A stretch of 64,000 nucleotides of DNA, taken from the NCBI GenBank assembly GCA_002011125.2, contig MTMF02000009.1:776989-840988 (forward strand), written 5' to 3'. Numbering within the stretch: the stretch's first letter is position 1; each line of letters starts with the position of its first letter. Of this stretch, positions 48,601-57,515 are shown piece after piece. The stretch comes from Candidatus Hydrothermarchaeum profundi. Its GTDB lineage: Archaea; Hydrothermarchaeota; Hydrothermarchaeia; Hydrothermarchaeales; Hydrothermarchaeaceae. A program made the position numbers and the translations under genes. The notes beneath the pieces were generated by a model, which was given only the letters and a program-made list of their open reading frames with translations, searched no databases and was not told the origin of the DNA.

Positions 48601-49764
48601 CTATTTTTTGGATATAGTCACAAAAATATTCTCCCGCTCAGGTGAAGTAGGAGAAGCCTTCAACACTAGGTCCGGGACTTCGTCTTCACTCACCTCAAAT
48701 AAGATAAGGTACTCTGCCTCGAGGTCACCTATCCCCATTTCGCTTTCTATCCTATTCAATTCGTACCCAAAGTTTCTTAGGCTTTCATCCAAGTCTTCTT
48801 CAGAGACCTTCCCAGCAGCTATAACTTTTTGAATCTCAGAAACATCTACGCTGAAGATTGTTTCAGTTTGCATACTTCTTCCCCCCGCGCTCCCTGCAAA
48901 GCTCCCTGGAAGGGTTCCCCAGCCTCCTGAAGATAATGGTGGTAAAGGAAATGTACTCATTGTCCCTTTTCCTTCTGCTCCTCCACCCGCCTCGGCTTTA
49001 GATTCTCTTTCCGTGAGAGATATCACCCCACTCTCCTTTCCCCTCATAATAGCAGTTACTACAGCATCTTTTGCTAATAAAGTAACATTCTCATCTTCTT
49101 TAAGCCAAATATTCACGATGTTCCCTGGCTCAGCCCATCCTCCAGCTTGTTCTCTGGTTAACCTAATTGGGAAATACTCTCTATAAAACTTGCCCACAGA
49201 TGCATCTTTAAGCTGTATATAGGATAACCGATCTATTGTCTCCAAAACCGTGGTATATCCTCTATAAATCTGTCCCTCGACTTCTATCTTTATATTCTCT
49301 GCGGGCATCAGCTCTTCAACTTTATCTTTCAAATATGACCGCCAAGCCTCTGTGGCAGGAGTGGCGACATCTATTGCACTAATCTGGGCAGTGGTTTTCG
49401 CTTTGTTCAGTTCATCAAGTAAAGACGCTTTTGCGGTAATATATACGGATGGTAAACCCAAGAAGGCGTTATTTATTTCTTTCAGTTTTTCAGACTTAGC
49501 CTGTAAAAAAGCTTGTTCGGCCGCTTTTTTAGCCGCTAGCTCAGCTTCTTTCCCCTCTTGCATTGGCTTATAGAGGAAGGTGTATCCTGCTAGAAACACA
49601 ACTCCTATTATGATAACTATGACTAATATTCCAACCCCCCTCGCCAATCTCCTTCTCCTCTCATCTTCAGGCGACGGTTCTTCGGGAGGAGGCTTTTCTT
49701 CTGGTGCACGCTTCCGTAGGGCCTCTAGTCTACCTACTATATCTTCTGGTTCCTTTTCGGCCAT
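48601..49764 (-). CDS. DUF515-like membrane-anchored pilus accessory protein
   Basis: Single TM, coiled coil, C-terminal beta domain; pilus context. Confidence 0.7.
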   Translation of the reverse strand: MAEKEPEDIVGRLEALRKRAPEEKPPPEEPSPEDERRRRLARGVGILVIVIIIGVVFLAGYTFLYKPMQEGKEAELAAKKAAEQAFLQAKSEKLKEINNAFLGLPSVYITAKASLLDELNKAKTTAQISAIDVATPATEAWRSYLKDKVEELMPAENIKIEVEGQIYRGYTTVLETIDRLSYIQLKDASVGKFYREYFPIRLTREQAGGWAEPGNIVNIWLKEDENVTLLAKDAVVTAIMRGKESGVISLTERESKAEAGGGAEGKGTMSTFPLPPLSSGGWGTLPGSFAGSAGGRSMQTETIFSVDVSEIQKVIAAGKVSEEDLDESLRNFGYELNRIESEMGIGDLEAEYLILFEVSEDEVPDLVLKASPTSPERENIFVTISKK

Positions 49765-49892
49765 CTTTTCCTCCCTACTTCATCAAGGCGATTCTTATTT
49801 CACGCATATATATACTTTGCCCCGGTAATAACATTTTGAGAAACTCTATGGGCAGGTAGGTTATATGAATTATGTACGTAGTATATATATCC

Positions 49893-50648
49893 TTATATAC
49901 TGAAGATTTCTTTGAAACGTGATAATAGAGAATATTTTGGAGAATATCTTTTACCTATAAGGCCTGCAGCCAGCTTCATTACTTCTTGGGAGGACTTGGA
50001 TCTAGGGTATTTTATAACGAAGGGAGTCTCATAATGCAGTGCTTTTTTGACATTCTTATCATAGGGAATCTTACAAATCACATTGACATCCAAGGTAGCT
50101 TCGACTTCATGAACTTTTACCTCTTGGGGTGTATTCTCAACCATGTTCATAACTCCCCCTATAACTTTAGCTCCCATTCTCTCAGCCAGAATTTTCATCT
50201 TTAAAGCATCAGACACTGAACTCACTTCTGGAGATGTTACAATTAAGACCTCTTGTCCAGCGTCCATTACCATAGCGGCATCTCTCCCCGCGGGAGCATC
50301 TACTACAAGTATCTCTATATCCCGTGGAACTTCTTTTAATGCCGCCTTAAGCATTTCCATATTCTCTTCGTTAAACCCATTCAGAGTGATACCGGCCGGT
50401 ATCAGCTTAACCCCTCGCGGACCCTCAAACATAACGTCCTCTATGCTCAACTTATTCTGTAAAACATCTATCAATGCTACAGGAGGATTTTTAAGCCCCA
50501 TTATAATCTCTAAGTTCGCCATCACGATGTCTGCATCAAGCACAGCAACCCTCTTCCCTAGCATCGCTAATGCAACCGCTATATTCGCAGCCAAGGTAGT
50601 TTTCCCAACGCCGCCTTTCCCGCTGGCGACTACTATCACCCTGGTCAT
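49893..50648 (-). CDS. minD: MinD-family ATPase
   Basis: SGKGGVGKTT, DADI.MANL and DAPAG motifs; C-terminal amphipathic tail. Confidence 0.9.
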   Translation of the reverse strand: MTRVIVVASGKGGVGKTTLAANIAVALAMLGKRVAVLDADIVMANLEIIMGLKNPPVALIDVLQNKLSIEDVMFEGPRGVKLIPAGITLNGFNEENMEMLKAALKEVPRDIEILVVDAPAGRDAAMVMDAGQEVLIVTSPEVSSVSDALKMKILAERMGAKVIGGVMNMVENTPQEVKVHEVEATLDVNVICKIPYDKNVKKALHYETPFVIKYPRSKSSQEVMKLAAGLIGKRYSPKYSLLSRFKEIFSI

Positions 50649-51856
50649 TTTCTGCGCCTCAATGCCTCTATTCCGGGAAGCTTTTCCCCGGCCAGAAAAG
50701 ATAAGGTAGCTTTTCCTCCCGTGCTAATGTAGGATATATCATTAATTAGCTTTAATTTCTTTGCTACTGCAGAGAGGTGGCCTCCTCCTAAGACTGAGAA
50801 ACAACGAGACTTCGCAACAGCCTTAACAAGCTCTTCTGTACCTAGAGCAAAGTCGCTTACTTCGAACATACCGCTTGGGCCATTCAATACAGCTATCTTA
50901 GCTTTTTTTATTATAGTTGAATATCTAGCAATAGTCTCAATACCTATATCCATTATTTTAAGGTCTGGAAGCTTATCCATTGGAGCCTCAAACCTCGCTC
51001 CATTTTTTAATAAAGCAAGGTCGACAGGTATCTCTATTTTCTCTCCATACTTTTCTAAAAGTTTTCTAGCTTCATCTACCAGCTCTAATAGACCCTTTTC
51101 CTCCAATATTTTCTTATTTTTACTGCCTATAGTGTATCCCTTTGCTGCTAAGAAAACCGTAGCCACCAGCCCTGCGGTTAATATCTTCTCTACTTTCCCG
51201 TTGTCAAGTAATCTTTCCATCACCTTCAAAGAATCTTTTACCTTTGCTCCCCCAAAGATAAAGACCGGATTTTCACGGTTGTTTAAAATTCTTGAGAGGG
51301 TTTTAACTTCTTTTTCCATGAGCTTTCCAGCGCAGCTAGGAAGGACATATGGGAAAGCAACAATGCTTGGCTGATTGCGGTGGGATACTGCAAAGGCATC
51401 ATTGATATAGAAATCAACATATGAGGAAAGTTTTCTAACCATTAATGTCTTACTTTGCTCCTTAGGGCTTTTTTTTATCACTGTGTCGCTTACTTCTTCA
51501 GAACATAGTCGAACATTCTCGAGCATCAGGACTTCGCCATTTTCTAGTTCAGAGATCGCTTTTCTAGCAGCTGACCCGAAGATATCATCTACGTATCTAA
51601 CTTTTAGTCTACTTATCTCCTGCAGTCTCCTAGCATGAGCCTCAAGAGTAGTAAAATCCTCTAGTCCGGGTCTACTTTGATGTGCAATTAGAATTGTTTT
51701 TCCAATACTCAGGCTTTTTATAGTAGGAATATGACTTCGGATCCTAGTATCGTCCAGTATCTCACTCGTTTTCGGATCGATTGGCGAATTTATATCTACC
51801 CTCACCAGTATTTTTTTATCCTCAAGATCTTGTTCATCAATAGTAGCGAACTCCAA
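50645..51856 (-). CDS. pgk: Phosphoglycerate kinase
   Basis: RVDINSP, HQSRPG, LENVR, GGAK and STGG motifs. Confidence 0.97.
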   Translation of the reverse strand: MEFATIDEQDLEDKKILVRVDINSPIDPKTSEILDDTRIRSHIPTIKSLSIGKTILIAHQSRPGLEDFTTLEAHARRLQEISRLKVRYVDDIFGSAARKAISELENGEVLMLENVRLCSEEVSDTVIKKSPKEQSKTLMVRKLSSYVDFYINDAFAVSHRNQPSIVAFPYVLPSCAGKLMEKEVKTLSRILNNRENPVFIFGGAKVKDSLKVMERLLDNGKVEKILTAGLVATVFLAAKGYTIGSKNKKILEEKGLLELVDEARKLLEKYGEKIEIPVDLALLKNGARFEAPMDKLPDLKIMDIGIETIARYSTIIKKAKIAVLNGPSGMFEVSDFALGTEELVKAVAKSRCFSVLGGGHLSAVAKKLKLINDISYISTGGKATLSFLAGEKLPGIEALRRRK

Positions 51857-51958
51857 GGTTTTCCACCGGAATCGTTTATTTTTTTCCTCTATATTATATT
51901 TTCCTAATAGAGAAGCGAATAATTTAATATATTTTAAGGTTTAATAATAGGGATAGAA

Positions 51959-54900
51959 ATGAATTACGACTTTTTAAGAAAAAAAGGTAAAAACGTCTAC
52001 ACTAATGGTGGAGAAGAAAAGATTGGCGGCCTTCTAGGCAAGCTCATGAAGAGGAGGATGAGGGAAGAAGACACTTTAAGCTCCATAGATATGGAGCTGG
52101 AAACCGAGATAGAGGGCGAGGTCATCGAGAGAGGAAAGGGATATAGTATTGTAAAAAAAGAAGGAGAAAAGACACTTTATTATATAGTCTACTTGCCTGA
52201 AATGGATGAGGAACGTAGAAGAGCTTTGAAAGAGATAGAGAGGCGAGCTATTAGCGAGATAGACATAGAGCCCGAGAGTATAGAGGATCCTTTGGAGAGG
52301 AAAGAGATTTTTACTAGGGAGGTGCGGTCTCTTATCGAAAAAGAATTCTCAGAGTTGCCTGAACATGAAAAAAAGGTCTATGCTAGGCTAATAGTCCAGG
52401 ACATGGTTGGCTACGGCTTGCTAGAGCCCCTGCTTGAAGACGACAATCTAGAAGAGGTGATGATTGTTGGCACGAAGAAGAGGGTTTATGTTTATCACAG
52501 GAAGCACGGTATGTGCAAGACGAACATTATATTCCAAGAAGATAGAGAAATAACCAGTATTATAGAGAGGATAGCTAGATCTGTAGGCAGAAGAATAGAT
52601 TTGAGTGCACCCTTATTAGATGCTAGGCTTCCTGATGGTAGCAGGGTCAACGCAACAATACCTCCTGTTTCTCTCACAGGCCCTTCTCTAACTATCAGAA
52701 AATTTAAAGCAGACCCCTTTACTGTTATTGATATAATGAATTTTAGAACAATGACACCTGAGCTGGCCGCCTTTCTTTGGTTGGTTGTAGAGGGATTTGG
52801 AGTGAAGCCGGCGAATATTTTGGTGTCAGGCGGTACTGGATCAGGAAAAACTACGACTCTGAATTGTTTAGGTTCTTTTATACCTCCTACGGATCGTGTT
52901 ATAAGCATAGAAGATACGGCTGAACTCCAGCTTCCCGTTGCGCATTGGGTAAGGTTGGAGACGAGGCCACCTAATATAGAGGGGAGAGGCGAAGTCAGCA
53001 TGGATATGCTCCTTAAGAATACTTTGAGGATGAGGCCTGATAGGATTATAGTTGGCGAGGTAAGGGGTAGTGAAGCATTAACACTTCTTGCGGCTATGAA
53101 TACAGGCCAGAGCGGGTGTCTAGGTACTCTCCACGCTAATACTGCGAGAGAAACTATTACTCGACTTACGAGTGCTCCTATGAATGTCCCCCTTGTGATG
53201 ATACCTTCTCTAAACTTAATTCTCATGCAAAATAGGTTTACTTACAAGGGAAAGGTAGTTAGGAGAATAACGGAAATCGCAGAAATTTCCGGTATTGAAA
53301 GAGATAGAGTTCAGCTAAACATAATATATGAGTGGGACCCTGTAGATGATACAGTGAAGCCGACAGGTTCTCCAAGCATAATGTTAAGAAAGATTGCTGA
53401 GCTGAGAGGCATTGAAGTAAGCGATGTGATTGAGGAAATAAAGAGAAGAGAAAAAGTATTAAGATATCTAATGAAGGAAGGCATAAGAAGCATTACTGAT
53501 GTTGGAAAATTAGTAAATGAGTATTATATTTCACCAGAGAGACTAATGGCTAAAGTAGAGGGGAGGGAAACAAAAGATAAAGCAAAGCGTAAGAGTAATA
53601 AAGGCTATGAGTTCCTAAGAGAAGTTCTTGAGGAAGAGGAAGAAATTAAGGAAATTGTAGAAGAGGGGGAAACCTATAGGATTGTTAGAGAGGAGGGAGA
53701 AAAAAATCCGAAATATATTGTGCCACTGCCTCACCTTACTTCAAGAGATAGGAGGATACTGGCCGAGATTGAAAAGAAAGCGATTAACGAGATAAAGGAA
53801 GATCCTTCTAATCTCGATAAAGAAGAAGCTCGAGTACTTTTCAGGAATAAGGTACTAGAGGTAATGAAAAGAGAATATCCGGGTATAGGTTCTTCTCGAA
53901 GGAAGGAACTTGCTGAACTTATTGTACAGAACATGGTTGGCTACGGCTTGCTGGAACCACTACTGGAGGAGGATGCTTTGGAGGAGATAATGGTTATTTC
54001 TCCAAACAGACCGGTTTATGTAAACCATAGAAAATATGGAACATGTAAGACTAATGTTTCCTTTAGCAATGATGAAGAAATAATGAGAATAATTGAGAAG
54101 ATAGCTAGCTCTGTGGGTAGAAGAATAGATAAAGCGACTCCCCTCCTGGACGCTAGGCTTCCTGATGGTAGCAGGGTCAACGCAACAATACCTCCAATAT
54201 CCATTATGGGGCCGACATTGACTATAAGAAAATTCAGGAAAAACCCACTAACAGTAGTTGACTTAGTGAAATTTAGAACTATAACATTAGAAGTTGCCAC
54301 TTACCTATGGATTATTGTAGAAGGCCTTGGAATAAAACCTGGAAATATACTTGTTGTTGGTGGGAGTGGTTGCGGTAAAACAACAACTCTAAATGTTCTT
54401 TGCTCATTTGTTCCAGATACAGATCGTGTTATAACCATAGAAGATACAGCCGAGCTTAACTTGCCGATTGAGCATTGTATAAAGCTTGAGACTAGACCAC
54501 CAAATGTAGAGGGGCAGGGTGAGGTTACTATGGATGATCTGGTCAAGAATACTTTGAGGATGAGGCCTGATAGGATTATAGTTGGAGAGGTAAGGGGGCC
54601 AGAAGCTAGAACTCTGTTTACTGCAATGAACACAGGCCATGATGGCTGTATGGGCACTCTTCACGCTAACTCTGCAGAAGAGACGATAATTAGGCTAACT
54701 AATCCCCCAATGAGTGTACCAGAGATTATGCTTCCTGCCCTCGATTTAATCTTGATGCAGAGCAAGATTTACCAAGAAGGCAAAACAATTAGAAGGATTA
54801 CAGAGGTCGCCGAGGTGTCGGGTGGAGAAGAGGGGAAAATATCCTTAAATAATGTGTTTAAATGGGATCCGAAAGCAGACTCTTTAAAAGCTACGGGATT

Positions 54901-55117
54901 GCCTAGCATTATAAAGCAAAGGCTTGCGAAGCTTAAGGGAATAAGTCTAGACGAATTAGAAAAAGAAGTTGAAAATAGAAAGAAAGTTTTGACGTGGATA
55001 GTGGAGAATAATATCAGAGAGGACTCAAAGATATATAACAAATATTACTCTGATCCAGAAGGTTTACTAAAAGAAATAGCAATAAAAGCCACAGCAGATG
55101 GAGGAGAGAATGCCTGA
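51959..55117 (+). CDS. Type IV pilus/Tad assembly ATPase with two tandem CpaF/VirB11 modules
   Basis: Two copies each of DARLPDGSRVNA, Walker A, IEDT.EL and RMRPDRIIVGEVRG. Confidence 0.93.
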   Translation: MNYDFLRKKGKNVYTNGGEEKIGGLLGKLMKRRMREEDTLSSIDMELETEIEGEVIERGKGYSIVKKEGEKTLYYIVYLPEMDEERRRALKEIERRAISEIDIEPESIEDPLERKEIFTREVRSLIEKEFSELPEHEKKVYARLIVQDMVGYGLLEPLLEDDNLEEVMIVGTKKRVYVYHRKHGMCKTNIIFQEDREITSIIERIARSVGRRIDLSAPLLDARLPDGSRVNATIPPVSLTGPSLTIRKFKADPFTVIDIMNFRTMTPELAAFLWLVVEGFGVKPANILVSGGTGSGKTTTLNCLGSFIPPTDRVISIEDTAELQLPVAHWVRLETRPPNIEGRGEVSMDMLLKNTLRMRPDRIIVGEVRGSEALTLLAAMNTGQSGCLGTLHANTARETITRLTSAPMNVPLVMIPSLNLILMQNRFTYKGKVVRRITEIAEISGIERDRVQLNIIYEWDPVDDTVKPTGSPSIMLRKIAELRGIEVSDVIEEIKRREKVLRYLMKEGIRSITDVGKLVNEYYISPERLMAKVEGRETKDKAKRKSNKGYEFLREVLEEEEEIKEIVEEGETYRIVREEGEKNPKYIVPLPHLTSRDRRILAEIEKKAINEIKEDPSNLDKEEARVLFRNKVLEVMKREYPGIGSSRRKELAELIVQNMVGYGLLEPLLEEDALEEIMVISPNRPVYVNHRKYGTCKTNVSFSNDEEIMRIIEKIASSVGRRIDKATPLLDARLPDGSRVNATIPPISIMGPTLTIRKFRKNPLTVVDLVKFRTITLEVATYLWIIVEGLGIKPGNILVVGGSGCGKTTTLNVLCSFVPDTDRVITIEDTAELNLPIEHCIKLETRPPNVEGQGEVTMDDLVKNTLRMRPDRIIVGEVRGPEARTLFTAMNTGHDGCMGTLHANSAEETIIRLTNPPMSVPEIMLPALDLILMQSKIYQEGKTIRRITEVAEVSGGEEGKISLNNVFKWDPKADSLKATGLPSIIKQRLAKLKGISLDELEKEVENRKKVLTWIVENNIREDSKIYNKYYSDPEGLLKEIAIKATADGGENA

Positions 55118-56243
55118 AAATATATTACTAAAGATAATTGACAGGCTTGGCGAGAAAACCTTGACCGAAGCTGAAAGAGCATATAGAAGAGCAGCCGAGC
55201 TTTCTTTAGTCTTTAGGGAGCAAGATGAGGCTGCTAAAACACTATTAGAGAAAAGAAAAAAAGAGGAGGAAGAAAGGAAAAAAGCACTCGAGGATAGATT
55301 GTCAAAGATAAAAGATGCCGTGATTTTTGAAACGGAGGAAGAGGAACCTGAACTTCTGATTGAAAGAGAAGAACTTAAGGTTCCATTTTCAGCAAGGCTG
55401 GTGAACGTGATATCCGATATATTCTCCAAGTACTCAAAAGCACCAGCGTCCTTCTTTAAAGACATTCAAGAAGACCTATATAAGGCAAACATAATTATGC
55501 CGGCATCCAAATACATAGCTTTCTCTTTTGGAATAAGTATCATAGTAGGAATTGGTAGCGCTGTTTTATTCTCAATTTTATTAGGTAGTATAATAGGGAA
55601 TATCTCCGGCTGGCTGTTAGGACTCGTGCTTGGGTTTCCAACTTTTTTGTTCGTTCTTATGTTCTGCAAAATATATCCTCGTTCAAAGGTAAAATCGAGA
55701 TCGGATGCATTTAGCAGAGAATTACCCTTTGCTCTACGACATATGGCAACTCAACTGACATCGGGTTCTGGACTGCTGGAAACAATGCGCTCTGTTTCCC
55801 AAAGTGATTATGGAGTATTAAGCGAGGAATTCAGAAGGGCTATAATGGAAATAGAGAGAGGAGCCACGGTAGAAGAGGCCTATGAGAGAATGAATCTGCG
55901 TATTGACTCACCAGGGCTGAAAAAAGCTTCAAGGCAGATAATTTCTACTCTTAGAACCGGAGGAAACCTTGCGAATACGCTTAAGATCATAGCAGAGGAA
56001 GTGGCGACTGAGATGAGAATGAAACTTAAGGACTTTATTCAGATGCTTAACACTTTTTCGATGATGTATATGTTTATTGTAGTTGTTGCCCCGGTATTGA
56101 TTACAACTCTGATTATCGCAATGGGCATCGCGATGGGTGGGTTACCTATGCCTCCTCAAATGATGTGGCTACTATATATTGTATTTTTTGGCATCTCCCT
56201 CTACATGTCATTTATGGTTAAAAGATTCGAGCCTAAGGTGTAA
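55098..56243 (+). CDS. Type II secretion F-family platform protein (TadB-like)
   Basis: ELPFALRHMA..L.SG, YG.LSEEF and GGNLA motifs. Confidence 0.9.
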   Translation: MEERMPENILLKIIDRLGEKTLTEAERAYRRAAELSLVFREQDEAAKTLLEKRKKEEEERKKALEDRLSKIKDAVIFETEEEEPELLIEREELKVPFSARLVNVISDIFSKYSKAPASFFKDIQEDLYKANIIMPASKYIAFSFGISIIVGIGSAVLFSILLGSIIGNISGWLLGLVLGFPTFLFVLMFCKIYPRSKVKSRSDAFSRELPFALRHMATQLTSGSGLLETMRSVSQSDYGVLSEEFRRAIMEIERGATVEEAYERMNLRIDSPGLKKASRQIISTLRTGGNLANTLKIIAEEVATEMRMKLKDFIQMLNTFSMMYMFIVVVAPVLITTLIIAMGIAMGGLPMPPQMMWLLYIVFFGISLYMSFMVKRFEPKV

Positions 56244-56248
56244 AAAAT

Positions 56249-57190
56249 ATGGCTAAAAAGCTTTCAAACATGCTGAAGAAGATAAGGGTTCCGAAGTTCC
56301 TAGTGCCTGCAAGGTTTGTTAGACGTATGGATATACTCTTACTTAACGCTAAGATATCTTTCTCAGCTCGGGAGTGGATGGGGATATTCGCATTAACATC
56401 TTTTATATTATTCGTTCTAGGGTCATTGCTAGCGTCTCTTTTAGTTGGTGTCATTCTCTTCGGTGTGGGTATGGGGCTTATGATAATCATCCCCAGACTA
56501 CAAGCTGATAAAAGGAAGGGGCAAATAGAAGAATCATTACCAGACGCTCTACATCATATGTCTGTTGCAATAAGGACAGGATTAGTGCTTGAGAGCGTGA
56601 TACAAGAAATATCTGAGGCCGAGTATGGAGCGTTATCTGATGAGTTCTCTCAGATAGTACTGGAGATGCGTAGAGGAAGGCCCTTAAAGGATGCTCTTCT
56701 AGCATTTTCAAAGAGGACGGGTTCTAAAGAAGTTGAGAGGGCGGTTAGGCTTTTATTGGAAGGAGTGGAGTCCGGGGGTCCAATTTCTGAGGTGTTGGAT
56801 GAGGTATCAGAGGATATGAGAGCAGTTAGGATGGTTCAAAGGGAAAGGAAAACAGCAACTTCGCAGCAAGTGTCATTCCTTGCTATGGCATCGCTTATGG
56901 CGGGTCCCTTCGTGATGGGGGTCGTAGCTTCTCTACCGGATATTATGGTTCAATCGACTGCAGGAATAGGAGTTGGATTGAGTCTCCCTATAGATGAGGT
57001 AAATACTGTGGTTAATGCACTATCATTTTATGTGGTGGCGCAGGCTTGCAGTGCTGCAATAATGATGGGTGTAGTTATGTATGGCGACTTTAAGAAGGGC
57101 TTTAAGTTCATGATACCGATGGGGGCAGCAGCGTTTATTGTTTATAACCTTATAAAATTCATAATGCCTGGCATGGTTGCAGCATTTTAA
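56249..57190 (+). CDS. Type II secretion F-family platform protein (TadC-like)
   Basis: LPDALHHM, YGALSDEF and SGG.ISEVL motifs. Confidence 0.9.
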   Translation: MAKKLSNMLKKIRVPKFLVPARFVRRMDILLLNAKISFSAREWMGIFALTSFILFVLGSLLASLLVGVILFGVGMGLMIIIPRLQADKRKGQIEESLPDALHHMSVAIRTGLVLESVIQEISEAEYGALSDEFSQIVLEMRRGRPLKDALLAFSKRTGSKEVERAVRLLLEGVESGGPISEVLDEVSEDMRAVRMVQRERKTATSQQVSFLAMASLMAGPFVMGVVASLPDIMVQSTAGIGVGLSLPIDEVNTVVNALSFYVVAQACSAAIMMGVVMYGDFKKGFKFMIPMGAAAFIVYNLIKFIMPGMVAAF

Positions 57191-57218
57191 GGACCAAAAC
57201 AAATATGTCTATCTTTTA

Positions 57219-57234
57219 TTAACAATTTTGTTAA
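57219..57234. promoter_or_regulatory. Palindrome upstream of the pilin promoter
   Basis: TTAACAA-TT-TTGTTAA upstream of a TTTATTATA TATA-like box. Confidence 0.4.
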
Positions 57235-57304
57235 CAACACCTTTTTATTATAGTTACATCCTAATATATTAAGTCCTCAAAATAAGGGGAAAGGAGGCTG
57301 ATAA

Positions 57305-57511
57305 ATGTTTAGAAAATTTTTAAGAGAGGAGAAAGCTCAAGGAGCCATTGAATACATTCTGCTTGCCGGTGGTATCATTGTGGCTGCGGTAGTTATATTC
57401 GCTATATACTCAAGCATGACGAAAAGCGCAGCTACTAAATTAAATCAGTCTGTTGGAGCCAAAGCTGAAGAAATGGCTAATATAATTAATCAACAGAATT
57501 TAACTGGGTAA
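57305..57511 (+). CDS. Class III signal peptide pilin (DUF361-like)
   Basis: KA/QGAIEY followed by a hydrophobic helix; +1 Gln, +5 Glu. Confidence 0.9.
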   Translation: MFRKFLREEKAQGAIEYILLAGGIIVAAVVIFAIYSSMTKSAATKLNQSVGAKAEEMANIINQQNLTG

Positions 57512-57515
57512 TTAA

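Noticed and set aside
52495-54657. Long antisense ORFs (243 aa, 118 aa) and similar shadows over other genes
   Set aside because: They are reverse-frame shadows of well-supported genes, with Ser/Ile-rich non-protein-like composition
51959-55117. An intein as the explanation for the ATPase's length
   Set aside because: No intein terminal or LAGLIDADG motifs; the extra length is a second complete ATPase module
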